Part shown: in pieces, positions 46,541 to 57,100 of the stretch
How positions within the stretch are numbered: the stretch's first letter is position 1
How the letters are laid out: every line of letters starts with the position of its first letter
Assembly (NCBI GenBank): GCA_004431415.1
Contig: QPMI01000514.1
Location: forward strand, 461,888 to 525,887
DNA length: 64,000 nt
Reading direction: 5' to 3'
Source of the DNA: Cyanophora paradoxa CCMP329
Lineage: Eukaryota; Plantae; Glaucophyta
Program-made: the position numbers and the translations under genes
The notes under the pieces: generated by a model
What the model saw: only the letters and a program-made list of their open reading frames with translations
Databases searched by the model: none
Told to the model about the DNA's origin: nothing

Positions 46541-47611
46541 TTATGATGAATGGACAAGGACACATCCAAAGAAGTATCTGATGTTGTAGTTTACACCAGC
46601 ATCTCCTGAATTGACCAGCCTGATCGAATCATTAGCTACAAGGTTCACAATAATATCAAAACCAACAGTTGCATTTCCTGTTGCATTTTGAGAGTTAGAA
46701 TTAATTCCGAATGTTGTTCCATTTTTAAGCAAAGAGGTCAAATAAGTATTGCTCTTAGCAGAATTGTAACCAGACGCATGGAAAAATACGAGGAAGTTTC
46801 CAGAAACAGGTGCAGTAAAACTCCCTGTTGCAGGATCGAAATTATTTCCATGGTTGACTATGACTCCTGCTGATGAGAACAAAGTTGTTCCACTTGCAGC
46901 GAAGTTTGTATCTTTTGAAGTATTGGGCGCTTGTTTTGTTGCAAAGAAACGAGGATGACTACTTAATTTGAGATACTTGTCTGTCGGAAGTGTAAGGAGC
47001 TGAACAGTTGAATTATCTGTTTGAGTTGTCTTTCCAAGAGAAAATACTGTATTTCCATTTCGTTTGTAGTTCACATTTGCATCTGTCCCATTATCTGTCT
47101 CAGGTGTGTTTATTCTTGTAGTAGCTGTGATAGTTTGATACTGAAAGTTCCCTGAGAGACCACCATTAAAGGTCATCAAACCTGTGAATGAACTTGTCCC
47201 ATTCACATTCAATTGATTTGCTGTAACAGTTCCTGCTACATTTGTCCCATCTCCAATGTAGGCACCACCACTCTTCACCACAAGAGCAGAAGTATTGCTT
47301 GTGTTACCAAAAGTAATTATCTGTGCTGTGGTGAATCCACCCACATTATTATACACTGCTGAATCGGGAACTACTTGTCCTGCTTGAACTTGATTTTTAT
47401 TCGAGATAATAATTCCTGTGGTTCTTATCTTGCCTCCATTTCGATCACAACGAATTTCTTTGACTCTAAGTATATTGTTCTCAGTGAAAGAGGTAATGCT
47501 TGTAGTTTCAGTGCATATATTCCCGGGTGTAGAGTCGACTACTTCATGAGAGGTGCTGTGTAGTGATTTCGCGGCAAGTTCATAGTTTGGGATTTCTAAT
47601 AGAGAGGTCAT
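46541..47611 (-). CDS. Fibre/spike paralogue D with C-terminal C1q/TNF-like head
   Basis: Shared N-terminal domain, then PRFFA...NHGNNFDPATGSFTAPVSGNFLVFFH...IVNLVANDSIRL...FFGCVLV. Confidence 0.82.
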   Translation of the reverse strand: MTSLLEIPNYELAAKSLHSTSHEVVDSTPGNICTETTSITSFTENNILRVKEIRCDRNGGKIRTTGIIISNKNQVQAGQVVPDSAVYNNVGGFTTAQIITFGNTSNTSALVVKSGGAYIGDGTNVAGTVTANQLNVNGTSSFTGLMTFNGGLSGNFQYQTITATTRINTPETDNGTDANVNYKRNGNTVFSLGKTTQTDNSTVQLLTLPTDKYLKLSSHPRFFATKQAPNTSKDTNFAASGTTLFSSAGVIVNHGNNFDPATGSFTAPVSGNFLVFFHASGYNSAKSNTYLTSLLKNGTTFGINSNSQNATGNATVGFDIIVNLVANDSIRLVNSGDAGVNYNIRYFFGCVLVHSS

Positions 47612-47636
47612 CTTTGTAATAGTGTGAGAATCTTAA

Positions 47637-50600
47637 TTATGCTGTTGCTATCCAATGAATTGCAATTTGAAGCCACTGTGGTTGAATGGTTACCCATCCT
47701 GCTGCCCAAATAACAAGATTGATTGTGGTAGAGGTTGTTGAGTTGCTTGATATTCCTATTTTATAATCGATTTCCACATTTGTTGCAGGTAGTCCCTGCA
47801 ATGTTACACCAACAGATGGAGCAGATGCAAAGGCAGGACTCCAATTTAATGTAATGGTATGGTTTTGCCTTGCTGAACTGCCCCCAATTTGAGGATTTGC
47901 AATTGTCATTTCATGTCTCCCTTTTCTAATCAGGTTATCAAGCATGTATTGAGGAGCCAGCTTAGTAACCTTTGAATTGTCCCGAGGATCCATGACCCAC
48001 ATTTCTCTTGCATATGCATTTCCACGAACAAGTAGGGTTTATCCTGATAGTAAGATATTGAGTTAGTAGAAAGGGTTGAATTGTGGAAATTCCAAATAAC
48101 AGGAGGATCAGGCATAATATATGGGTCATAATCGAGAAAGTAACCTGATCCAATGAGAAGGTTTGCATTTGCAGTGATATTATTTGCTGTAAAGGATCGA
48201 GGGTGGTTTATTGTCAGGTCATTGTAGTTGCCCGAAAATAAAGCGGGTTTGTTATAGATATCTGTATTCCAATCATGAGTATGTGCAAAATCTGTAATAT
48301 CTGCTTTGACATGAGTATGTGCAAAATCTGTAATCTCACTCTTTACATGGGTGTGTGCAAAATCTGTTATCTCTGATTTAACATGAGTGTGGCGAAATCT
48401 GTTATCTGTGACTTTGTGTGAGTGTGTGCAAAATCTGTGATCTCAGATTTAAAATGAGTATGGGCGAAATTTGTAATATCTGCTCTGGTGTGGGTGTGAG
48501 CAAAATCTGTTATCTGTGCTTTTGTGTGAGTGTGTGCGAAATCTGTGATCTCTGCTTTTGTGTGGGTATGTGCCCTGTTATTCAGATCAAGGAAGCTTCC
48601 CGAGAATGCTACTGGGTGCAGATTTGCAGCAGTAGGTTTGTTTAGAAGATCATTATAGTCTCCTGTGAAAGAGATGGTTTTCAGTTCACCCCTTCCTACA
48701 TAATCAGAAGGTAGGTCAATCTTAATGGGCATAATAGCTGGATCAATAGGAATCTCGTACTCAGCTCCTGGGTGAACCACAGGAAAGGTTTGATCACTTT
48801 CAGTGTGAACAAAAAAGTTGTCAGCAGTCACTGTTCCATCAATAGTCCCTCCTGTCAAGGGCAGGTAATTCCCAGTCACAGCTAGACCTGCAATAACTAA
48901 AGCGAGCTCTGTTTGATCTACATAGTTTTGTGCTTGAAGGTAATCCTCTGTGACCACTCTGGATATAGTGTCATTGTGAATGTTTTTTGCTGCTGCCCTT
49001 TGATTGATTTCTAAAAGTCCCTCCCCAACTCCACCATTATAGTTTGTTTTGATCCAAGATATTTCACATCTCTTGTAATCATCTCTAATTCCTATGAGAG
49101 CATTAGGTAACAATCTTTCTCGAGTGAATATTAATTTCGGTCTTGATGAATCTAAATCACTCACATCAGTAACATTAATTTGAATTGCTGCATCTTTATC
49201 ATCATAGTTTGCTGGATCAGATGGAAGCGATAATATTAAACTATCTGTCATTGGGATGTCATCAGCATAGTAACTGGTTAAATAGATACCTGGTTTGGTG
49301 TCCATCAACCCGAAGTTTCCGCCTGCTGCGATTATCTGCATCCGTGTAGGAGGTCTGATGAATAGCTCACCCTCCATTGTGGTTCCTGCATCAATTCCTT
49401 TACGATTCAGGTAAAATTCACTTAATCGTAATCTTTCTTCGATGTTAATATTTTGGTAGAGACTCACACCATTTATCCCATCATTCATAACATTACCTGC
49501 TGATGCAAAAGTAGGCTGTAAATCGATTTCGTCCCAATTATGCCTATGGTCTTCCGGCGGAAACTCAGGTGGAATTCCATCAATATCGCCCCAATCATGC
49601 CTGTGATCTTCAGGTGGATATTTCTCAGGTTTACCTAAGATCTCATCCCAGTCATGGTTGTGATCCTCTGGTGGATATCTCGCTGGTTTGTTGTTGATTT
49701 GTTCCCAGTCAAGGTACATCTCGAAAATCTCAGGTTGTAAACCATCTGGCAATAATTCCTCATGGTGTTCATAAGGCTGCGCGTACTCAACAGCAGGAGG
49801 CTCGAGACCATCTGCTAAATATTCCTCATGGGGTTCATAATTCTGTTCATACTCATACTCTTGTGGATCTAAACCGTCGGGTAAATACTCTTCCTCATTT
49901 GGGTCGTATTGATCATACTCATACTCTTGCGGTCGAAACCGTCAGGTAAAAACTCTTCCTCATCTGGGACAAATTGGTAATCATCAAGCTCTAATATATC
50001 GATTTCAGGAGGTAAATACTGTTCATCTATTTGTTTTTTCGGTTCGAAGATAGGTTTATTGCGAACTTGCTCCCAACTGACAATATGTTGACCGAAAGGA
50101 ACTGTCTCATCAGCAACTCGCTCTCGACCAGGTCCATCCGGGATTGGCGGCTTTGGTAACCCTGAAGAGGTGGTATAGGGACAATAGGTCCGAAGTAGTA
50201 GTTGAAAATGTTGATAACCTGCTCTTCGGTGCTAACCTTCTTACCATCCTGATAAATATTAGTTCCATGAATATTTCTCCACTGCCTGGTGCGAAGCCCT
50301 AGGTCATATCTATCATGCAATGCCGGGAGCAGGTGCCTGTCAGCCTCAATCAAGATAGAGCCGAAGGTGCATCCAGGAATATCGAACCTGGTGGCTGGCT
50401 CGGTATCGATTTGATTTACATCAAACCCGAAAAGAAGATTTGCTTCTCGTGCATCGGTATATAGTAAATCCCAGGGGAACGGCTGAATTTGTGATGCAAG
50501 CACTGATATTGCAGCATCTTCGCCAAGGAGAATTCGCCCAGTGATGTGAGCTGCAGTTTTGTTTGCGACATCATTTGATTCATCAATTAGACGTAGAGCT

Positions 50601-50955
50601 GATGTGTGGACCCCTCTATCATTTTGTAGCCTAAATATCAATCTACCGGAATCATACTTGGAGACTGTGCCTGAGGAGGCAATGCGAAGGTGTCGTGGCA
50701 ACGCCCTGGACCCAATAATTTCAGCAACAAAGTTCTCAGTGGACCAAGACAGAATCTCTGTGCAATATCCGGGGCACCAACGTGGGAGTTCCGCAGAATT
50801 AATGCAGCTGGTCGACTAAACTCGGTCCTGTGGATGTCACGATCAGCATTGAAGTCTGCCAAGATGCTTCCGAAAACGCGAGTATTTATGAGTCGATCAT
50901 CAACGAAATCTGGAGATCTACGAAGTGGCACTGGCTTCTTCAAGATGTAGGACAT
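47637..50955 (-). CDS. Giant fibre protein (about 1100 aa when rejoined) split by several frameshifts: acidic repeats, HxH repeats, C-terminal H-type-lectin-like head
   Basis: ORF pieces 50638-50955, 50027-50701, 48367-49752, 47930-48115 and 47637-48002 join by single-base shifts. Motifs: LLPALHDRYDLG..TRQWRNIH, YLPLTGGTIDG, FSGDYNDL.NKP, (FAHTHxKxxITD)n, terminal F.SAPSV.VTL...IHWIA. Confidence 0.75.
48275..48572 (-). repeat. 36-bp coding tandem repeat (FAHTHxKxxITD), about 8 copies
   Basis: Repeated GATTTTGCACA(C/T)AC.CA units on the minus strand; copy number is approximate. Confidence 0.85.
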
Positions 50956-50979
50956 TTTTATATAAGCCCCCTTTTAAAA

Positions 50980-52299
50980 ATGAAGGTCATTCTCTCACTA
51001 TCAGGTGGAGGTGCTCGTGGCATAGTCATTGCCCGAATTCTACAGCGGATTGAGGCGATTACTGGGAAAGCAATACCACAGCTGTTTGATTTCTTTGCAG
51101 GCACCTCAACAGGGGCGATAATAGCGGCCGGTTTGGCTATTCCATCAACTCCAGGCTCTGTTCTCGCTTACCGATATTCTGCAGGTGATATCTTGAGTCT
51201 ATATCAAACGAACCTGCCAACAATATTTGCAAATCCAAGATCACTGACAAGCTTGCTCTCAGGCAGCCGCTATGATGCAAACCCTCTGGAGTCGGTGCTC
51301 ACAGACGTTGCCCAGGACTACACAATTGCAGAATCGACAAAAGATGTATTAATAACAGCGTTTGATACAGTTCGGATGCAGCCCGTAGTTTTTACGAAGG
51401 ATGGGCCATATTCAAGCACGCTGATTCGTGATGCAGTGAGAGCATCTTCTGCAGCGCCTACATTCTTTCCACCGAAGGTTCTAGGGGACAAAAACCTTGT
51501 TGACGGGGCAATTGCCTGTTTGAATAATCCCTCAGTTGCTGCACTCAGCCACGCCAGTAAAATTTACGATGCAGAAGATCCAATTGTTCTTGTGAGCATT
51601 AGCTGTGGTGAAGTCCAAGCCAGTGAGCAATTGACTGCAGGCTTTTCGAATTCGGAGACGTCAGGCTGGGGCGCACTGGGCTGGATCCTATCCCTCTCAG
51701 GCAGCCCAATCATTTCTATGCTAATGGCTGGTAGCGAGCTGGAATCGCACTTTCAAATGCAGGAACTGCTTCCAGTTGATGCGGATAGGAATCTAACAAG
51801 ATACTGGCGTTTAAGTGTTCCGCTACCAGCTGCAGTCATGAGCAAGCTTGACGATGCCTCCCCATCGAATATTTCTTATTTGATTTCCACGACAGATTTA
51901 TGGCTGAAACAAATCGAAATAAATGCTAAAATAAATGCACTCTGCAGCTTTCTACTGGCGAACTATGACCTACTGAACGATGAGAGACTAATCATATCGT
52001 CTACTTTAACAGTTGAGCCGCCATTTGATGTCAACTGGTTTATAATTCCAGATGCAAACATTACAAGCAACGACTTTGAGGAATTGCACCCACCTTCTCA
52101 TGTGCGACCCAACTCAACAGGGTTCCAAGGGGGCACTTTACCTAATCCCTGGATTAAAGTCGAGTTTCCCAAGCCTTTTGAGCTACATCAAATCATTATG
52201 TATGGGCCAGCATTTGCTGCCGGAGTCCTATTTAATTTCAGCATTCTGACCAACTTAGGATATGTCCAAGATGGAGGCTTTTTGAAAATACGGTCCTAG
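50980..52299 (+). CDS. Patatin-like phospholipase with C-terminal discoidin/galactose-binding-like extension
   Basis: LSLSGGGARG, FDFFAGTSTGAIIA (catalytic Ser), RASSAAPTFF, LVDGA (catalytic Asp); C-terminal PWIKVEFPKPFELHQIIMYG. Likely ATG at 50980; may extend to about 52460 past a frameshift. Confidence 0.92.
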   Translation: MKVILSLSGGGARGIVIARILQRIEAITGKAIPQLFDFFAGTSTGAIIAAGLAIPSTPGSVLAYRYSAGDILSLYQTNLPTIFANPRSLTSLLSGSRYDANPLESVLTDVAQDYTIAESTKDVLITAFDTVRMQPVVFTKDGPYSSTLIRDAVRASSAAPTFFPPKVLGDKNLVDGAIACLNNPSVAALSHASKIYDAEDPIVLVSISCGEVQASEQLTAGFSNSETSGWGALGWILSLSGSPIISMLMAGSELESHFQMQELLPVDADRNLTRYWRLSVPLPAAVMSKLDDASPSNISYLISTTDLWLKQIEINAKINALCSFLLANYDLLNDERLIISSTLTVEPPFDVNWFIIPDANITSNDFEELHPPSHVRPNSTGFQGGTLPNPWIKVEFPKPFELHQIIMYGPAFAAGVLFNFSILTNLGYVQDGGFLKIRS

Positions 52300-52455
52300 C
52301 AAATGTGCTTGCTGCGAACCCAACAATGGCAGGCTTCGATCTAATGCATAGTGACTCGCATTTGTTCACCCCACAGGTATATAACTATGTGCAAATTATA
52401 ACAAACGAATTTATAAATGTGAATGCATTCCGGCTTGATTTCCGGGGACGTTACA

Positions 52456-52788
52456 TTAATTAGGCGGCGGCATGAATGCCCAGGAAATCAGAGAGAGTCC
52501 AAGACGTGTTGGAATAGTTCTGCCAGATTTATCTTTCTCCCAAAATGGTGCTCCATTACGCCCTCCCAGTCGCCTCTTAATGTAATTCTCTCTTCGCTGA
52601 TACCAAGTTGTGTTTCTGGTTGCGAGCTCCTTTTTGATTCCGTCAGGACCAAATCGGCGGTAAGCTTGCAGAAAACCTAGGTTTGTTTGTGTGCTTGGCT
52701 TATCTCCAATCGCAACAAGTGATACTTTTTTGTCCCGCATCAACGGTAAGTACTTTTCAATCTGAGCTATGGGCATCAACTGCGACAT
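52456..52788 (-). CDS. Conserved hypothetical viral protein
   Basis: 110-aa ATG ORF with upstream TATATAAA; GFLQAY.R..W..RR..YI.R..PTR..LSLISWAF.P pattern recalls small NCLDV/PLV proteins (from memory). Confidence 0.6.
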   Translation of the reverse strand: MSQLMPIAQIEKYLPLMRDKKVSLVAIGDKPSTQTNLGFLQAYRRFGPDGIKKELATRNTTWYQRRENYIKRRLGGRNGAPFWEKDKSGRTIPTRLGLSLISWAFMPPPN

Positions 52789-52918
52789 TTTTTATATATT
52801 GTGCCAAGAAATAAAACGGGGCGCAACCCAGGCGCAGCCGAGCGAGCGGCTTGTCTGCGACTTTTCAAATCAGTTTGGCGCAGCGGTCGCTGCTTGTCTG
52901 CAACTCTGGCGACTTTCC

Positions 52919-53833
52919 CTAAGTGATGAACTGGAGCTCCCCAGACCATGGCAATCCATTCAGTAATACATCATCACCATCTCTGTCTACAATGCGCAGT
53001 CGCAAGGAAGTCAGCACAAGACGCTCTTCGATGGGATCCATTCGCTTTGATGATCCTGATTTATATAAACGAATTTGCCAACGTCCTGACTCATTTGAAT
53101 TCGAGCAAGCCCGTAGTTGCACATTGTTTTGGCCCACGGCGAAGCTTTGAAGCAAATGGTCGAAGCTCTTCACAGACTAGGAATAGATACTGGTCGCTGT
53201 TCATGTCAATTATCTTTGGAAATTCGACAGCATAACCAAGTGGCTCACTCCGCATTCTTTCGGTGAAATCCACGCCATATTCAGGGTGTGAAGGTGTTAC
53301 TGGAATGCCAGCAACCTCGAGATATCGCTCAGCTGCAGTTACTGATCTTTGTCCTCCTTCAAACACGATAGGAGACAGCTGGAGGGGCTCATTTCGGTTC
53401 AGCCCTAGCAGATTCGATAGAGCTTTGAACTGGCAGGTTACTGTGCAGGAACGGTTGCAATAGGCAGACATCTTCAGTGTCTCTGGGTCCCGAAACAATT
53501 TGAAATATGCTATTACGATTCCCCCAGTTCAAACTTAAACGATAGGCCAAAGTTGTAAAGATCTGTTTCGCCCATATTTGCAGTAGTAATTATACCAGGC
53601 TCAAAAACTGCCAGATTTTCCGTCCAAATGTTGGGGAAGGTGATCGAAAGATACTCATCTCTAATGCTCGTGTAAAGGCTGTTTGCGAACTCACACTGGG
53701 TAAGTCGAACAGCAACTGGATTGATTATAGGTTCATTTATTTCTAGCACAAAGTTTGCCTCTGAATCGATTGGCCTTCTGTCTCTACTGTCAAAGCTGAG
53801 CCTGGCGCAGCGTCGATGCTTGTCTTCGACCAT
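52919..53833 (-). CDS. Minor capsid (penton) protein 1, frameshifted into three pieces
   Basis: N-terminal LSFDSRDR...FVLEINEPIINPVAVRLTQCEFANSLY and C-terminal LTSLRLRIVDRDGDDVLLNGLPWSGELQF are single-jelly-roll penton end motifs. Confidence 0.8.
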
Positions 53834-53860
53834 TTTTATTCTCTAACTGATATAAAAAAG

Positions 53861-54815
53861 ATGCCGACGGACTACGTCTGCATTGCAAGCCACCAAGCGG
53901 ATGAGCTGACATCCACCTCAAAATTTAAAGTAAGACTGCCTAAAGTTTATCAGGATGTAAAAGCCGTGCGCCTGGTATCTGCTGAGATCCCCAACACAAT
54001 GAGCACAGTTGATGCACTCGATCCAGCAGAGGATTTAGTGTTTGACACGTATATATATTGGTGCAAATATGATCCTGCAAATGAGGACCAGACCCACCTC
54101 AGCCAGGTTTTGGAGCCTGGAATAACATTACAATTCCACCTGGAAATTACGACGTCACCTCGCTTGTGACAAAGATAAACGAAAGGTTGACGGGACTGGT
54201 ATCACGTGCACGTATAATTCAGCAGTTAAATCAATAGGGTTCACAGCTAGCTTCGAGTTCTTTATTGCTCTGATGTTGGCACCGAACCTGGGTGGGCGGG
54301 AAATCAGAAACTACCAGGCTGTTGCTAGGGCTCAGCGAACTGCAAAGCTGCTAGGCTTGCGATCAATTCTACCGATTCGGTCTAAGGCTTTAACTGTCGA
54401 TATTCAATATATAGAAGGCGCTTATGAACCCGATGTCACTCCCGATGATCATGTGCTACTTCGCATTCCTGAAATTGGTGACCTTGTCAGTATGCCCAAT
54501 ACTTCAATTCCTGGCTTTTTCTCAAAGCTCAGCATTCCCAGCGCCCTCCGTCCAGGCGAAACAGCCTACTATGATTCAACTGAAGCAACTCCTTTGTATA
54601 AGTATGTTTATTCAAAGCTGGACCTGTACTCTGTGACTATTGAGATATACGATTTTATGCAGCGAATCGCTGATTTAAATGGAGCTCCTGTGTCATTTAT
54701 TCTCGAAATTCGTTATGGTCCTGACGAACCCAATGGTGATGTTGTTTACGAACTTGCAAAACTTCAGCTCCAGAAAAGGTCAAAGACATATCCTTGGATC
54801 AATTCGTCAAACTGA
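53861..54815 (+). CDS. Minor capsid (penton) protein 2, frameshifted
   Basis: YVCIAS...FKVRLPKVYQDVKAVRLVSAEIPNT; HVLLRIPEI; LYSVTIEIYDFMQRIADLNGAPVSFILEI. Confidence 0.8.
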
Positions 54816-54917
54816 GCTAAGCTCGCGGCACGCAAGCGAAGTCGCAGACAAGCAGCTCGGCTGCGCCCCTTGGCGAAGCGGCAGAATTATTTTCTTTCAC
54901 TGCAATTATATAAATCG

Positions 54918-56306
54918 ATGGATGTCACTCAAAATTTGCAGCGGCTCGGCCTCAAAGAGCTCCTGACAACTCCGCAGGAAGCGAAGGACTTCTTTATGAA
55001 CAATGAGCTTATGTTGGGTCTAACGAGCCAAACCAAGCCTGTTCGTGTTGTTGTCAACCCAAGCAATGACTATGGAGACTGCTTCGGTAAACGAGTCACC
55101 TACTTCCTTCCCAGATACAACTTCCTTCAGGGGCTCGAACTCCAGTTTACCCTGCCCGAGTTGACCGCTTTTACTGGTGACACTGACCTGGTTCGCACTG
55201 GTTATCTGCGGTCTGTTGGTGCTCTTGTAAAGCGAATTGAAATCAAATATGCTTCCTACAGCTACATCGTCCCCGAGGACTGGCTTGTTCACAGCGCACT
55301 GATTTACAATGATGATGCTCAGCTCAAAAAGAAATACCGGTCCGGTGGCTGGCTACATGGAACACCACCTCAGGGGACAAATCGTGCTGGAGGTATTTTC
55401 AGTGTAAAAATCCCATGTCCCTGGGAGGGTTCTGTGCTCCCAATTGGTGCTCTTTCTGGCGAGGTGTCTGTCGAGGTTTGGTTCCGTGATCGTGCCCAGG
55501 GCTTCGTCGAGACCAGCTATGGTGGTAGGTTTGTAACAGAATATGCCATCGGCGGTGATGCCACTAAAGAAGATGGCCTTGGTAGTGTTGGAGCCGCTGC
55601 TGCTTCCCCTGCAAACATCGGCCAGAATATAACTCCCAATGTTCTCAGTGTCACCCCTGCCAATCCGGAGCTTTCTAATCCAAAGATTATTGCTCATTGT
55701 ATCAACGTTGATGAGGCCACTTTTGCCCAGGTGATTGAGAAAGTCAAAACGTCTGGAATCGCAATTCCCGCTACCGATGTCGGCTGGGTTGATGCTGATT
55801 CAATTACTTATGCTGGTGCGGGAGCGCCCACCCGGATTAATCTGTCTCAAATCAGTGGACTTTGCTACGGCCTGTTCGTTAGCATTCGCAAGCAGCCAAA
55901 CATGAACCAAACTGATGGAAAACACAGTGTCCTCAAAACCGAGGCTAATGCTCGCGATATTACTATTTCCTGCGAATTGAATGGCCAGAGACTTTATTCA
56001 AATGAGCCCGTTCCTCTCCTGCAAGGTGCCGAACTCATCGCTGATGTCTTCAAGTGCTCCAATCTAGACGCGCCTCTTAATCGGTATGTTCTGACTGGTT
56101 TGCCATTTTGCATTAGTGGGGATAAATCGATTCGAAATGCTGCTCAAACTGGTTTCGTAGATCTGACGAACTCCAGCAGCTGCTTCCTGAATATTATGAA
56201 CCCTGCTGCATACGATGCAAACAACAAGATTTACGTCCAGGTTCGAGCTCTCCTTCACACTGTACTAATTGTTGATGCTGCGGGTCTTCGTAAGGTGAAC
56301 CTCTAA
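54918..56306 (+). CDS. Major capsid protein (double jelly roll)
   Basis: About 460 aa, beta-rich; FGKRVTYFLPRYNFLQGLELQFTLPEL, LVKRIEI, LPIGAL..EVSVEVWFR, TGFVDLT resemble PLV/NCLDV MCP blocks; lies between penton and ATPase. Likely ATG at 54918. Confidence 0.85.
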   Translation: MDVTQNLQRLGLKELLTTPQEAKDFFMNNELMLGLTSQTKPVRVVVNPSNDYGDCFGKRVTYFLPRYNFLQGLELQFTLPELTAFTGDTDLVRTGYLRSVGALVKRIEIKYASYSYIVPEDWLVHSALIYNDDAQLKKKYRSGGWLHGTPPQGTNRAGGIFSVKIPCPWEGSVLPIGALSGEVSVEVWFRDRAQGFVETSYGGRFVTEYAIGGDATKEDGLGSVGAAAASPANIGQNITPNVLSVTPANPELSNPKIIAHCINVDEATFAQVIEKVKTSGIAIPATDVGWVDADSITYAGAGAPTRINLSQISGLCYGLFVSIRKQPNMNQTDGKHSVLKTEANARDITISCELNGQRLYSNEPVPLLQGAELIADVFKCSNLDAPLNRYVLTGLPFCISGDKSIRNAAQTGFVDLTNSSSCFLNIMNPAAYDANNKIYVQVRALLHTVLIVDAAGLRKVNL

Positions 56307-56326
56307 TTTCACCGACTATCTTTTTG

Positions 56327-57091
56327 ATGGATGAGCTCGCACAGTTCCAGCCTAGCGATATGAGGGTACCATTCAAAGCCCTATTTATATCGAAGTCCAA
56401 TAGCGGCAAGTCTTTCTATTGCACAAAGCATTTACTTAGACTGTTATATCCAAAGATCAATAGAGTTGTTGTGTTTACCGCCACCAAATTCAACGGCGAG
56501 TATTCTGCAATAACTAAAGAGCTTTACGACGATTTTCAGCCATCTATTGTTGCAGAAATCATTGATTCACAGCGAAATTTGATTGAAAACAAAAAGAAAG
56601 CGCCGCAGATATTGCTAGTCTTGGATGATCTCGTTGCTGCGTCTGAAACTGTTGATCTGCGAAATAGCAAGGCTGTAAATCGCCTTTTTACACAAGGTCG
56701 TCATTTTAATATCAGCACCATTCTAATGACGCAAAAATTGACTGCTTTGAGTCAGTCTATAAGATCGAACTCTGACTATTGTTTTTTCTTCAGTTACTCT
56801 AATCATACTGAACTGGAGGCAATTTATCGAGACTTTTCACACCTACCAAAGGATAAGTTCATCGCCTTGTTCGAGACTTGGGCGCACGATTATCAGTGCT
56901 TAGTTTTGGATGGGACCAAGTATGATACGGCCTGGTACGTCGACAAAGCTGTTGAAGATAAGAGTTTTCGTTTTACAAAGTGGGCGTCGCCCAAGGAGGG
57001 CTCCTTGCCCTTCGGGCTTAAGAATGAAGAAGAGTCTAAAAAAGAATTGCCTGTTATCTCTAAAAAAAGGCGTTTTAAAATATTATCTTAA
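56327..57091 (+). CDS. A32/FtsK-HerA-type DNA packaging ATPase
   Basis: FISKSNSGKS (Walker A variant), LLVLDDL (Walker B), LFTQGRHFNISTILMTQ, IRSNSDY. Confidence 0.93.
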   Translation: MDELAQFQPSDMRVPFKALFISKSNSGKSFYCTKHLLRLLYPKINRVVVFTATKFNGEYSAITKELYDDFQPSIVAEIIDSQRNLIENKKKAPQILLVLDDLVAASETVDLRNSKAVNRLFTQGRHFNISTILMTQKLTALSQSIRSNSDYCFFFSYSNHTELEAIYRDFSHLPKDKFIALFETWAHDYQCLVLDGTKYDTAWYVDKAVEDKSFRFTKWASPKEGSLPFGLKNEEESKKELPVISKKRRFKILS

Positions 57092-57100
57092 TAAAATAAG

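Noticed and set aside
43466-47611. Diversity-generating retroelement or shufflon acting on the fibre heads
   Set aside because: No reverse transcriptase, no template/variable repeat pair, and no inverted promoterless tip cassettes; all paralogues are complete and co-oriented.
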